From Eledone cirrhosa (lineage: Eukaryota): a DNA stretch of 64,000 bases. The stretch covers positions 33,170,001 to 33,234,000 of the forward strand of contig OZ024749.1 in the NCBI GenBank assembly GCA_964016885.1, in the 5' to 3' direction. Below, piece by piece: positions 1 through 12,341 of the stretch. The notes under the pieces were generated by a model. It was not told the origin of the DNA, made no database searches, and was given only the letters and a program-made list of their open reading frames with translations. How positions within the stretch are numbered: position 1 is the stretch's first letter; every line of letters begins with the position of its first letter. Made by a program: the position numbers and the translations under genes.

Positions 1-654
1 CAGAGTGAAGTATCTGCGGATTCCTCATTAGTTCAGCACAAATCTAAAGGGATATTCAGAGTGAAGTATCTGCGGATTCCTCATTAGTTCAGCACAAATC
101 TAAAGGGATATTCAGAGTGAAGTATCTGCGGATTCCTCATTAGTTCAGCACAAATCTAAAGGGATATTCAGAGTGAAGTATCTGCGGATTCCTCATTAGT
201 TCAGCACAAATCTAAAGGGATATTCAGAGTGAAGTATCTGCGGATTCCTCATTAGTTCAGCACAAATCTAAAGGGATATTCAGAGTGAAGTATCTGCGGA
301 TTCCTCATTAGTTCAGCACAAATCTAAAGGGATATTCAGAGTGAAGTATCTGCGGATTCCTCATTAGTTCAGCACAAATCTAAAGGGATATTCAGAGTGA
401 AGTATCTGCGGATTCCTCATTAGTTCAGCACAAATCTAAAGGGATATTCAGAGTGAAGTATCTGCGGATTCCTCATTAGTTCAGCACAAATCTAAAGGGA
501 TATTCAGAGTGAAGTATCTGCGGATTCCTCATTAGTTCAGCACAAATCTAAAGGGATATTCAGAGTGAAGTATCTGCGGATTCCTCATTAGTTCAGCACA
601 AATCTAAAGGGATATTCAGAGTGAAGTATCTGCGGATTCCTCATTAGTTCAGCA
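1..654. repeat. 56-bp tandem repeat (about 11.7 copies, runs off the left edge) derived from an R4-like retrotransposon segment
   Basis: Unit CAGAGTGAAGTATCTGCGGATTCCTCATTAGTTCAGCACAAATCTAAAGGGATATT repeats with no visible variation. Its minus strand reads ELMRNPQILHSEYPFRFV, matching ELMRNLQILHPDYTCRFV in the 4550-4805 ORF. Confidence 0.95.
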
Positions 655-935
655 TAAATGTTCTCCTTTTCACTAATCTTTAACATTTCATTGATATTGG
701 CTTGGCACCTGATTTACACTACGGTGCATGCTTTTTTTTCTCTGTCCTACATCACTATGTCTGATCTGTTATGTTTGCATGTTATTGGGGTTTTGACTGG
801 AACATTCCAACAGTACTCTTTCATATTATGTATGCATATGCCTTTCACATCAATGTAACTTTTAATATGTTCATTCTCAGAGCCATCCTTTCTATAGATT
901 GCACTCTACAGTGTTTTGTCCACTACATAATGCAA
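600..935 (-). mobile_element. Degenerate R4/Dong-like (RLE) non-LTR retrotransposon, endonuclease region
   Basis: Manual minus-strand translation: HYVVDKTL*SAIYRK...EYCWNVPVKTPITCKHNRSDIVM*DREKKACTVV*IRCQANINEMLKISEKENIYAELMRN. This resembles the RHD/N...W...HNRPDIV...EI.CP...EK..KY restriction-like endonuclease motif, with in-frame stops. Confidence 0.8.
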
Positions 936-962
936 AACAAATACAAAAACGAAGTATATATA

Positions 963-1151
963 TAGAAGTGGTTACACAACAGTTAGTTCACCATACTGAG
1001 AACAATTGTTTTACCTTAGCGGATCTTCAGCTCGTAATGGACATCGTTATACGGTTATTCCGTATAACCATGTCCATTACGAGCTGAAGATCCGGTAAGG
1101 TGAAACAATTGTTCTTGGTATGGTGAACTAACTGTTGTCTAACCACTTCTA
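963..1151. mobile_element. Fold-back (inverted repeat) element with Penelope-type hammerhead motifs in both arms
   Basis: About 92-bp arms (TAGAAGTGGTT...ATACGG / CCGTAT...AACCACTTCTA) around a 5-nt loop. The + arm has GAG-CTGAAGA-tccggtaaggt-GAAAC-AATT-GTT-CTT (1081-1116); the mirror on - is at 998-1033 with GAAA>AAAA. Confidence 0.8.
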
Positions 1152-1216
1152 CCTAACTCGTCCCATGGACTGAGTGCTCTACCACAACGGATATTACCTT
1201 CCAGTGTTCTACCACT

Positions 1217-1524
<308 letters not shown>

Positions 1525-2146
1525 ACGTTGAAGAAAACAAGAATGAATACTCAATAACGAAGTAGAGTTTGAGTCGAAACTAATGATTCTGTGAGTAGAC
1601 AGGTGAAACTCCAGACAGCCATAATAAAGCATATTACACACACACGCGCGTACACACGCACACATACACACACACACACGCAAACAAACACACACATGTG
1701 CACACACATACATATATATGTAGCAAAAGGTAACAATAGATAAAAGGAAGGAAAAAAGAATTTCATTAAACGAAACGAAAAAAAAAACTTCAACACGAAA
1801 CAGGAGAAAAAAAGACTTCAAAGTATAAAGAACTACAATAAGGGGAGAGCATCTGCTGATGAGGTTTCAGTTTCCATTATTAATTTTAAAACAGGAGCGA
1901 AAGAAGGAAAAACAATAAACAATTAAATAAGAGGCAAGAAACCGAAAATAAAGTTAAAATAATGAATATTCTGTTTTGAGAAGGAGAAACGAACCTAAAA
2001 TAGCCATGGCATACCATACAGCAAAAATGGTTATGAAACACAAACACACACATGCATACTTCACGTACACACACTACACACTACACGTATACACATACAC
2101 ACACATACACACACTCACACACATCATATATGTATATTTATACGTA

Positions 2147-2177
<31 letters not shown>

Positions 2178-2254
2178 TTTACACACGTACACACACATAT
2201 ATACACACACAAATGCATACAAATAGATATGTGTATACATCTCTTTCTCCCCCC

Positions 2255-2455
<201 letters not shown>

Positions 2456-2663
2456 ATTTCGTTTCTGAATTTGTTTAGCAATGACCCTCCCAAAGTATAA
2501 CAATATATATGTATATATATATGGAGAAAAAATTTACGAAATGGAAATGCGGGTATATAGAATTTATTAGGTAACAATTGTTTCTATAGTGTATGAGTTA
2601 CCTATACTTCGCTACTTGAATAATACACAAATATTATCAAAAACCGAAAGTACACCGTAAGCC

Positions 2664-3571
<908 letters not shown>

Positions 3572-4296
3572 TTATAAGAATGTCCACAGGCTTAGGTCTG
3601 TATTAAGAAGGTTGACTGTACTTTCAAACGCCACAAAAGTGAAACAAGCTATTAATAGTATATACAGACAATAACAGTCAATATTATCAAATGCCTTTTT
3701 CTACGTTCTAACTTCTGTCTTCCGTTTTCTGATCTGCCGCCATTGTAATAATATTTTTTATATTTATTGTCATGGCGTTATGTATAGAAAGTAATTATTA
3801 TTTGATACAATATCAACTGTATGTATGTATGTATGTATGTATGTATGTATGTATGTATGATGTATGTATGTATGTATGTATGTATGTATGTATGTATGTA
3901 TGTATGTATGTATGTATGTATGAAAACTCTGATAAAACACCTGCAACCCTGATGGTATCCAATGATGTTGACTTGTTCTTCTTTTTGGTAAATATCATCT
4001 TGGTTAAGAGAGTGGGACTGGCTTTGTGCAGTGCCTTTGCTCACTATAAAAGCTTCACGGCACAGGCATTGCTTTATATCTGGAGATCTCTCTGCACTTG
4101 TCGTCACATGGTACCATGGGCCCAGCACTATGTGTCAATATTTGTCACAAGTGTAGTGTTTGTACCAGAGTTTTCAAGTCGCTGGCTGGACTAAAAAGTC
4201 ACACTCGTTCAGCGCATCAGTAGGGGTTCTCCTACATGGATATGAAGTAGTGGCCGTACTCGAAAACGAGTTGGCAGCCACCATGTATGTATGTAT

Positions 4297-4805
4297 GTTC
4301 TTCTGGGTTTATAATTTCACAAATTTTTGCCAGTAGAGAGAGAGAGAGAGAGTCGGTTTCTGACATAGATACAAGATTCTCTCACTGGAATTTACAAATC
4401 AACTAGGTAGATATTATGCATGTCTGCATGCAGACATGCATGCATGTGTGTGAAGGTATGGATGTTATTGTATGTGTGGATGTATATGTTTTGAGTTGTA
4501 TGTGTGCATGTGTATATGCTTTGTATCTGTACATGTGTATATGCAGTTATTAGATGCAAAACCTTTGGAATGTTTTACATATTTTTACTATTCCATTAAT
4601 GGATTGTACTTGTAATTTCCTAACTAGTTGTGTTCTTTCCGTTCCTGTGAAGCCTAGCTTCTCAAGATTTGTATTGAGGCAGTTACTAACATACCTCAGT
4701 GCTCCAATAATCAGAGGCACAAATCTGCAGGTATAATCAGGGTGGAGTATCTGCAGATTTCTCATCAGTTCTACATAAATATTCTCCTTTTCGCTAATCT
4801 TTAAA
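4297..4805 (-). mobile_element. 5'-truncated R4/Dong-like non-LTR retrotransposon (ORF C-terminus plus 3' UTR) inserted in (TATG)n
   Basis: ORF ends KISEKENIYVELMRNLQILHPDYTCRFVPLIIGALRYV...LEKLGF...LQVQSINGIVKICKTFQRFCI* (R4-clade PIVIGALG...LG...LQK...GT.RI pattern). The 3' UTR ends ...CCCAGAAGAAC followed by ATAC repeats. Confidence 0.8.
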
Positions 4806-4920
4806 TATGTATGTAAAGATGTATGTATGTATGTATGTATGTATGTATGTATGTATGTATGTATGTATGTATGTATGTATGTATGTATGTATGTATGTAT
4901 GTATGTATGTATGTATGTAT

Positions 4921-5052
4921 GTTCTTCTGGTTTTATAATTTCAGAAAGTTTTACCAATAGAGAGAGAGTCGGTTTCTAACATAGACACAAGACTCTCTCA
5001 TTGGAATTTACACAACATCAACTAGGTAGATATGTATGTATGCATGCATGTG
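4921..5052 (-). mobile_element. Second 3' end of the same R4-like element, running into the gap
   Basis: Closely similar to 4297-4425 and again terminates ...CCAGAAGAAC(ATAC)n. Confidence 0.8.
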
Positions 5053-5252
5053 NNNNNNNNNNNNNNNNNNNNNNNNNNNNNNNNNNNNNNNNNNNNNNNN
5101 NNNNNNNNNNNNNNNNNNNNNNNNNNNNNNNNNNNNNNNNNNNNNNNNNNNNNNNNNNNNNNNNNNNNNNNNNNNNNNNNNNNNNNNNNNNNNNNNNNNN
5201 NNNNNNNNNNNNNNNNNNNNNNNNNNNNNNNNNNNNNNNNNNNNNNNNNNNN
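5053..5252. other. Assembly gap (200 N)
   Basis: Run of exactly 200 Ns. Confidence 1.
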
Positions 5253-5377
5253 GCCTGTCCAACTTGTGGAGCATATGTTTGCCCAATACTAGTCTGTTTA
5301 ACTATTCTATCACTCACTTTGACTGCCTCAATTACCTGCCCTGCCTGTCCCTTCAATCTTTCTAATTTCTCATTGTT

Positions 5378-5413
5378 TCTTCTGATGACGGACTAGCGTC
5401 TGAAACGTTAAGA
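5378..5413 (+). ncRNA. Minimal type I hammerhead ribozyme motif (Penelope-type)
   Basis: TCTT-CTGATGA-c-GGAC-tagc-GTCT-GAAAC-GTT-AAGA: 4-bp stem I, 4-bp stem II, palindromic AACGTT stem III, GUU triplet. Confidence 0.65.
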
Positions 5414-5510
5414 CCACCCTCTTCCTGCTATTTCAAGCATTATACTAATATATTCCTTCCATATGCTGTACTGATTGTGTTGTTATTTCTGTTTACCTTT
5501 TACACACACA

Positions 5511-5570
<60 letters not shown>

Positions 5571-6197
5571 TGCACACACACACACAGACAGAGAATGAAA
5601 ACTATACCTAATCCTGTTTTCTGAATGGAATAAAGAAACCAAATATTAATTCCGTACCGTACTATAGAATATGTGACTACCTTTTCCTTCTTTATTTTTT
5701 ACATATCTTGTGTGGTTTGTAGGTTACTGTCTCCACTCCTGATGTCTCCAATACTGTTGAAGTTCCTATATCTGGCGAAATGTCTCCATCAACTCCAGTA
5801 CCAACAGATCTGGTTGAGCAACTTTCCACCTCTATCAACCACGAGATGTTACAAGGGGAGCTTGATCCACAAACTGGACTTTTTTATACGGTTTGTTCCT
5901 TCAATGATGTTATTTTCTTCATCTTATGCCGCAAAGCATAAATCAAAATGAAACTCAACTGCTACATGTGTTTTTATTGACATTACCCTCCCAAAGTATA
6001 ACTATCTGTTTCAACACATGGTCATGTAATACAAAAACAAAGTGTGTGCGTATATATTACCTCTAACTTGTTTTGCTCACTCGTTCCTTCTTTCTAACCA
6101 TTCGTAGACTGATTATTTTCGTTTTTTTTTTCACTTGGACTACTTTTTATTTTCTATATCTTTCCTTTGTGATCATGACTCTATCCTGTTTTTGTAC

Positions 6198-6229
6198 TCC
6201 TGAAGAAGGGCTAAAGCCCAAAACGTTGA
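6198..6229 (+). ncRNA. Degenerate minimal hammerhead motif (G12>A)
   Basis: TC-CTGAAGA-a-GGGC-taaa-GCCC-aAAAC-GTT-GA. Perfect stem II, but the catalytic G of GAAA is mutated. Confidence 0.5.
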
Positions 6230-6350
6230 ACTTTCTTTCCCCTTTTCCATATAAAGCATGAAACTAATAAGATTTTTTGTACTTCTGTTTTGTCTCGTTT
6301 CCTTGAACTATATATATATATAAGTTTGTTTTGAAACAGTGAGCGAAATT

Positions 6351-6539
6351 TAGTAGAAATAGAAGCTTTCACCGTATTTTTGACTAAAGAAATTTTAGCT
6401 TGATAGTGGGGTTTAGAACCCTCTAAAAAATGGAAAAGAATGAATACGTCCTTTTCCATTTTTTAGAGGGTTTTAAACCCCACTGTCAGGCTAAAATTTC
6501 TTTTTGTCAAAAATATGGTGAAAGCTTCTATTTCTACTA
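6351..6539. repeat. About 190-bp inverted repeat (hairpin) 60 bp upstream of a splice acceptor
   Basis: Arms TAGTAGAAATAGAAGCTTTCACC...GGAAAAG and CTTTTCC...GGTGAAAGCTTCTATTTCTACTA with a 12-nt loop. Confidence 0.9.
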
Positions 6540-6600
6540 TATATTATATGTATATATATATTTCTAAAAAAATAATTATAATTTTTGTTACTCTTTCCAG

Positions 6601-6796
6601 GTGGTTCCATCGTCTGTGACAACAGGTTCTCCAACAAATACCACTACTGTCCAAACACTCAACCACAGCACCACTACCACGACTACCACTGCAAGTACTT
6701 CACCTCTAGCTAAACAGATTATCATCTCACGCCACACTGAAGACAGTAGAGTATCGAGTACCGTTAGTAGTGGTGATGGTAAGGATGGTGGTGGTG

Positions 6797-6841
<45 letters not shown>

Positions 6842-7438
6842 CGGCTGACAATGTCGTCTCTTCAGCTTCATCAGCTCCATTGACATCGGTGATTACGACT
6901 TCATCTGTGGTGAATTTGCTTGGTGCTTCTTCATCTTCATCTTCTACTGCGTCCACAGCGGTTTCCACGTCCACCTCTTCCTCCTCCTCCTCCTCTTCCC
7001 ACTCTTCTACCGTGTCTCTCTCTAAGTGCAGCACTGCCACCATGACCACTGCCACCACAACTGTCTCTCGCCCTACCACCACCACCACAACTGTCTCTCG
7101 CCTACCACTACCACTACCACTGCTGCCTCTTCCTCCACCACCTCTCCCTCCACAACCACCGCTGCCACCAACACCAGTTCATCATTGTCTACATCCAAAC
7201 CGTTTGACCTTCTCAGCAGCTCACTCGCCCAAGCCCAGATTGATTTGGACACTTATCACTTCATCGAGGAAATTGACTTGGAGCCGGCGGACGAGGTGAT
7301 TCCTATAAAGAGCAGCAGCAGCAGTAGCAGCAAGAAAAACAATAACAATACCAGCAAAACTAACAGCAGTAGTAAAAGTAGCAGCAGCAGTTGTAATAAG
7401 AGTAGTAGTAGTAGTAATGTTAATAATAATACTACTAC

Positions 7439-7501
<63 letters not shown>

Positions 7502-7710
7502 CAATAATAATAATAAAAGAAGTGGCAGCAGTAGAAGCAACAGCAGTAGTAGAAGCGTTAATGTAAGTGTGAAAGCGAGTTCTGCATCTAAAAGCACATC
7601 CAACACTTCAGTAGTTAAAATCACCTCATCACCATCAATATTGTCAGTTCCAAACACAACCAGAAGCAATACCGCTACAACACCAGAAGACCCTATCACG
7701 GTGAATTCAG
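6601..7710 (+). CDS. Exon A (first visible, internal) of a bromodomain-containing protein gene; Ser/Thr/Gly-rich; apparent 1-bp frameshift at about 7101
   Basis: Acceptor ctctttccag|GTG, donor TCAG|gtaagt (phase 1). ORFs 6601-7299 and 7026-7745 join if one C is restored in the TCTCGCC(C)TACC repeat. Confidence 0.85.
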
Positions 7711-8549
7711 GTAAGTTTCTTTGTTTTGCTGTTTTTCATTTTTGACATTTATCTGCCTAGATAACTCTCAGATGAACATTGACAGGTTGTATCTCCCTTA
7801 CATATGTTTCAGTACTATACTGATTGTTCAGACAGACTGAGGCTCTGATTATCTCCCTTATATATTTTTCTGTACTACATTAAGTATTCAAACAGACTGT
7901 GACTCGTGTTCTTGCGCTTTACCAAGTGCATTTATACGGCAAAAAAGCACGCAGTCGACATTGTAACGTTTTTGGCGTTAGGAATTGCATCCATCCGTAG
8001 AAACTAAACCAAACATATATATATATGAGCAAGATATGGTCACGTGACCTGACTTGTCTCGTGTCGTGACAACCTGTCTAACTCATGCACGATTTTATCG
8101 TGGCACCATCACTAGGGAGGTTGTATGTAAATATCGTAGCCTCTGCATTGGTCATAGCTGAGCATGGATTTACACTTGGAAAGTGTGTGTGTGTGTCCCC
8201 AATTTTTTAAACGGACATTGCAGAAGCTCGTCATATATATACATATGTGTGTGTGTGTGTGTGTATTTACATCTGTGTCTGTTTTTTTCAGTTTGACAAA
8301 ATAATATGAAAGTGGCAAAAATAAGTATTGGAGTTGATATCAAATCCATTTAAATGTGTGCCTCAGCATGGCTCCAGACTACTGACTGAAACTAGTAAAA
8401 GAGATGCATTTTTAATCTGATGCTCTAACAATTCTGCCAATCTGACACCTATCATGTCTAAATAAATGTTCATGTGTAAATATATGTTGATATAAATTCT
8501 CCAAATGATCTGAAAGCTTCTAACTTATATTCTTTCTATTTTCTTTTAG

Positions 8550-9991
8550 ATACGGAAGCCGATGTAATCTGTTTGACCGACACTAATGGTAAACATGCCC
8601 CCAGGCCTGTTTCATTGTCACAGCCTATTAAAACAACAACCACTTCGTCACAATCAGTATCTACTACTACTGTTTCCTCCAAGCCATTTCAGAAGGGGAG
8701 TGCTAAGTCAGCTGAATCAGCTTCATCTGATTCATCTTCACCTGTCATTACTATCACAACATCCCCGAAGGTTGTCTCAACAAAAATGTCTTCAACATCT
8801 GATACGCTCAAGAAACTACCCCTCAACATATTTCAGGTGAAAGCTGTACAAAAGAAACTGGGTGGTGGTTCTGCTCAACATGGACAACATCAAGTAGTGT
8901 TGATCACGAAAGAAAAAGCATCGGAGAAACTACTTGGCTCGTCAAAGATTGATATGAAAGAAGTAAGGGTGCACGCTGTCAGTACCCCATCATCTCATTT
9001 AAAGGAATCTAATGCAAAAATCTCAAAGAAATCTTCCTCAATTGAAGGAAAACTCAGTGACAAGCTGAATAGCCTAGTTGAAGGTGGTAAATCTTTGGAC
9101 AATACTGGTGCTAAATCCCAAACCTCGTCATCCAAAATGGTGGACGTATCTTTAACAGAGATCAAGGATTACAAAAAGGTAAGAACCACGAGCGGAGTGA
9201 CCACTTCTCCAGCAGAGGCGGTCAAGATTCTCAAGAAGCTGGTCAGTCCCCCTTGTACTGACATAGGAAAGGGTGCGTCCAATGTATCTGTTAATGCAAT
9301 GCAGAAGAAAGCGCTGCCATCAACAAACTCGCGTTCCCTCTCTACAACGACTGTGTCCATGGGTAGGAAGCTGGACTCATCTGGGGGTGGAGGTGGTGGT
9401 TCAATCCTCAGCAAACCAACCCCACCAAAAGTGACTGTGAAGAAGATTGACTCACACACTGTCACCGTGTCAAATGTTCTGCTGGAAGGGCGACGTTCTT
9501 GTAACAACAGCAAGGATATTGTTTTGTCTGCGATTCCGAAGCGAAATGAAGAAATCAAGAAGTTCCCTTCAGTTTTGATCACCAACAGTTGTCAGAAGGA
9601 GCTCGTCACAAAATTAAAACCACTCAACAAATCGACCCAGCTTACTGCTGAAAAGACTCTTAAACCGGTGTCACCATCAATTTCAATATCATCCTCATCT
9701 TCATCCTCATCTTCATCGTCATCACCATCAACATCTACATCATCAACATCTACATCAACATCGTTATCATTATTAGCATCTTCAACTCGCTCATCACAAT
9801 CATCATCTACAGTAGCATCGTCGTCAACAAAATCATCACTATCATCGTCATCATCATCATCAACAAAAACAACATCATCATCATCTTCTTCACTAGTAAG
9901 AGTGTCTGTGCCAATCTCTTGCATTAGTAGTTCCACACAAGAAAATAGAGGTGTACTAAAAAAATCCAGCTCAATCGAGAAACAGCGACTG
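8550..9991 (+). CDS. Exon B of bromodomain protein gene; Ser/Thr/Lys-rich low complexity
   Basis: Acceptor ttcttttag|AT (phase 1, in frame with the 505-aa ORF 8573-10090); donor CTG|gtacgt (phase 0). Confidence 0.9.
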
Positions 9992-10489
9992 GTACGTACT
10001 CTTTTTTTAAAAACTTTTCTTTTACCGTTTTCCTCTATATATGTATGTTTGTGGACATATATATGTATATATATATATTTAAATTTATAAGATATATATG
10101 TAGAGAGAAACAAGCATATATCATTTGAGAAACAGCATTTTGTACACATATATACAGAGCAAATAATATGCAGGAAAATATACATACTTTAAGATGTGCT
10201 GTTTCATAGGCCAAAGACCGAAGCAAAACCATCTATTAATAGATTATCGATTTTGGTAAAGCAACGAAAGACACTGTGGGACATAATATAAATTCCGATT
10301 ATGGAAACTGAATTTGGAATCAAAAAGCCCGAGAGTAAACTTAGCCAAAACTAAAGTAAACTATATACTTATTTCTCTCTACATATATCTTTTAAATTTA
10401 AATAATTGATGCTCTGAACTAAGATCCATTCAGCTTATTTATTGAGAAACATGATCATCATACATATTAAATATGTACGGATACCATGG

Positions 10490-10746
10490 AGTTACGGCCC
10501 TTGCCATTCTGAGTTCAAATCCCGCCGAGGTTAACTTTGCCTTTCATCCTTACGGGGTCGATAAAATAAAGTACCAGTAATGCACTGGTACTTTGCTGGC
10601 CTTGTGCCAAACGTAGAAACAATTATATATATATATATATATACCGCCGAGGTTAACTTTGCTTTTCATCCTTACGGGGTCGATAAAATAAAGTACCAGT
10701 AATACACTGGGATAATTCCTGGCCTTGTGCCAAAAGTAGAAACAAT

Positions 10747-10748
<2 letters not shown>
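10490..10748 (+). mobile_element. Two tandem partial tRNA-derived SINEs (Meta/MESC-domain type)
   Basis: B-box GAGTTCAAATCC + AACTTTGCCTTTCATCCTTACGGGGTCGATAAAATAAAGTACCAG core + GGCCTTGTGCC...AGAAACAATT tail. Confidence 0.8.
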
Positions 10749-10780
<32 letters not shown>

Positions 10781-11231
10781 GTTGTGTTGTTACAAAAAAA
10801 AAATAAGAGTACTGGATTCATATAATTGGGTAAAATATTAAATTATAGTGCATGCTGGTATTTATTCATAACTTCAGGTTTCGTGTTATTGAATGGAGTA
10901 TCCAACAATTTTCTGTTAGGTAAAAATATTTTTGAAGTCGCTGTATAAACTTCTATTTACACATGCTCAAAGAAAGGTAGGGGAGGATAACTCATAACCA
11001 GTTATTTTTTTAATAGAAGTGCAGTTACCTTCCTTGGGTTGAATCAAATTATGGAAGATTTTTTTTTTTTTTCTGGCTTCGGTGCTGGGGCACCTCCTTA
11101 ATTTACTCGATCATATCGATCGATCTTTATATTGCGAACCTTCAAGTTATGGGACTTATAGGTAGATATGAACGTAAATATGGTGACAAACACTATTCAT
11201 ATGTCAAAATATAGCCTGGACAGGTAAAAGA

Positions 11232-11275
<44 letters not shown>

Positions 11276-11746
11276 TCATCATCATCGTTTAACGTCCATC
11301 TTCCACGCTAGCATGGGTTTGGGCGGGAATTTTCCCACTTGAAGCAAGATTGGTTGACTTGCTCATATAGGACTGCCTGGCAGGTTTTCTACGGCTGGAT
11401 GCCCTTCCTAACACCATATATATATATATATACACACACTTCTGCAGTTTCTGTCTCTACAGAATTCCACTAACGAGGCATTGGTCAACCTGAGGCTATA
11501 GTAAACACGTGACCATGGTGCAGTGAAGCTTGGTTGAACTCATAACCACATGGTTGTGAAGTGAACTCCTTAACCAAACAATTATGCCTATATATATATT
11601 GTTTGTTTATATTTGTGGCATCAGTTACTTTCATCATTCGCCAACACTTTACCCAACTATCTCATTCTATTTATTTTCACTGCCTATATTACTCACTCTG
11701 TTCCCATCATCCCTTATTAATGTAACTTTCTAATTGTTGTATTCAG

Positions 11747-12242
11747 GTTGAAATCAATGGTCCCACACCTTTTAGGAAAACTAGCAGCACTAAGTGCGAT
11801 TTAAACCCATCTGTGATGCTAACCTTGCCCGGAAAAAGCAGCACTGCGAAAGACCGTGTACCTGTCCAAAACAAAGTGGTTTCTGAACTCTGTCCAATTG
11901 AACCTCTCACAGATAGCAAGAGCGGTGTGTTAAACAGTGTCTCCAGCAAATCTGATGGCTCTACTGCTGAACGGGGGGACAAGCTTTTGTCAAAGGTGAC
12001 ATCGAAGGCGTCAACGACAGATGAGAAGACGCCTGGAAAGTCGATTCTGATAAGTGTGAACACTTCTGCTGAGGTGGTTGTTGTGTCCGAACCATTAACA
12101 GTGCTTTCTACATCAGATAAAAAGGGTTCAAACACCAGCAGCCATGTGAGCACCGAAGAGCCCCACCAGGGACATGGCAAAGGTGTAGAGTTCTTAAGTA
12201 AAGAAAACCTTGAAGAAATGGCACCTGCTGGAAGCCCTTCAG
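11747..12242 (+). CDS. Exon C of bromodomain protein gene
   Basis: Acceptor gtattcag|GTT (phase 0, in frame with ORF 11813-12262); donor TCAG|gtatgt (phase 1). Confidence 0.9.
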
Positions 12243-12341
12243 GTATGTTGACCTTTCAATAAGATTCCTTTTGTTTTATTTTGTTTTTTTAATATATTTG
12301 TATATAGGTGTTGTGAAATCTGAGTAAATCAAGTTTGTTTA

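Noticed and set aside
1-654. CRISPR-like array
   Set aside because: Units are identical head-to-tail with no unique spacers, and the context is eukaryotic. The same applies to the 43-bp array at 13965-17052.
5001-5396. ORFs spanning X runs
   Set aside because: Artefacts of the 200-N gap.
6450-6539. Hammerhead in this hairpin (GAAAGCTTC present)
   Set aside because: No CUGANGA box upstream in either arm.
6588-12180. Minus-strand ORFs with poly-Leu, poly-Val, poly-Asp
   Set aside because: Antisense shadows of the Ser/Thr-rich + strand exons; splice signals and phase continuity support only the + strand.
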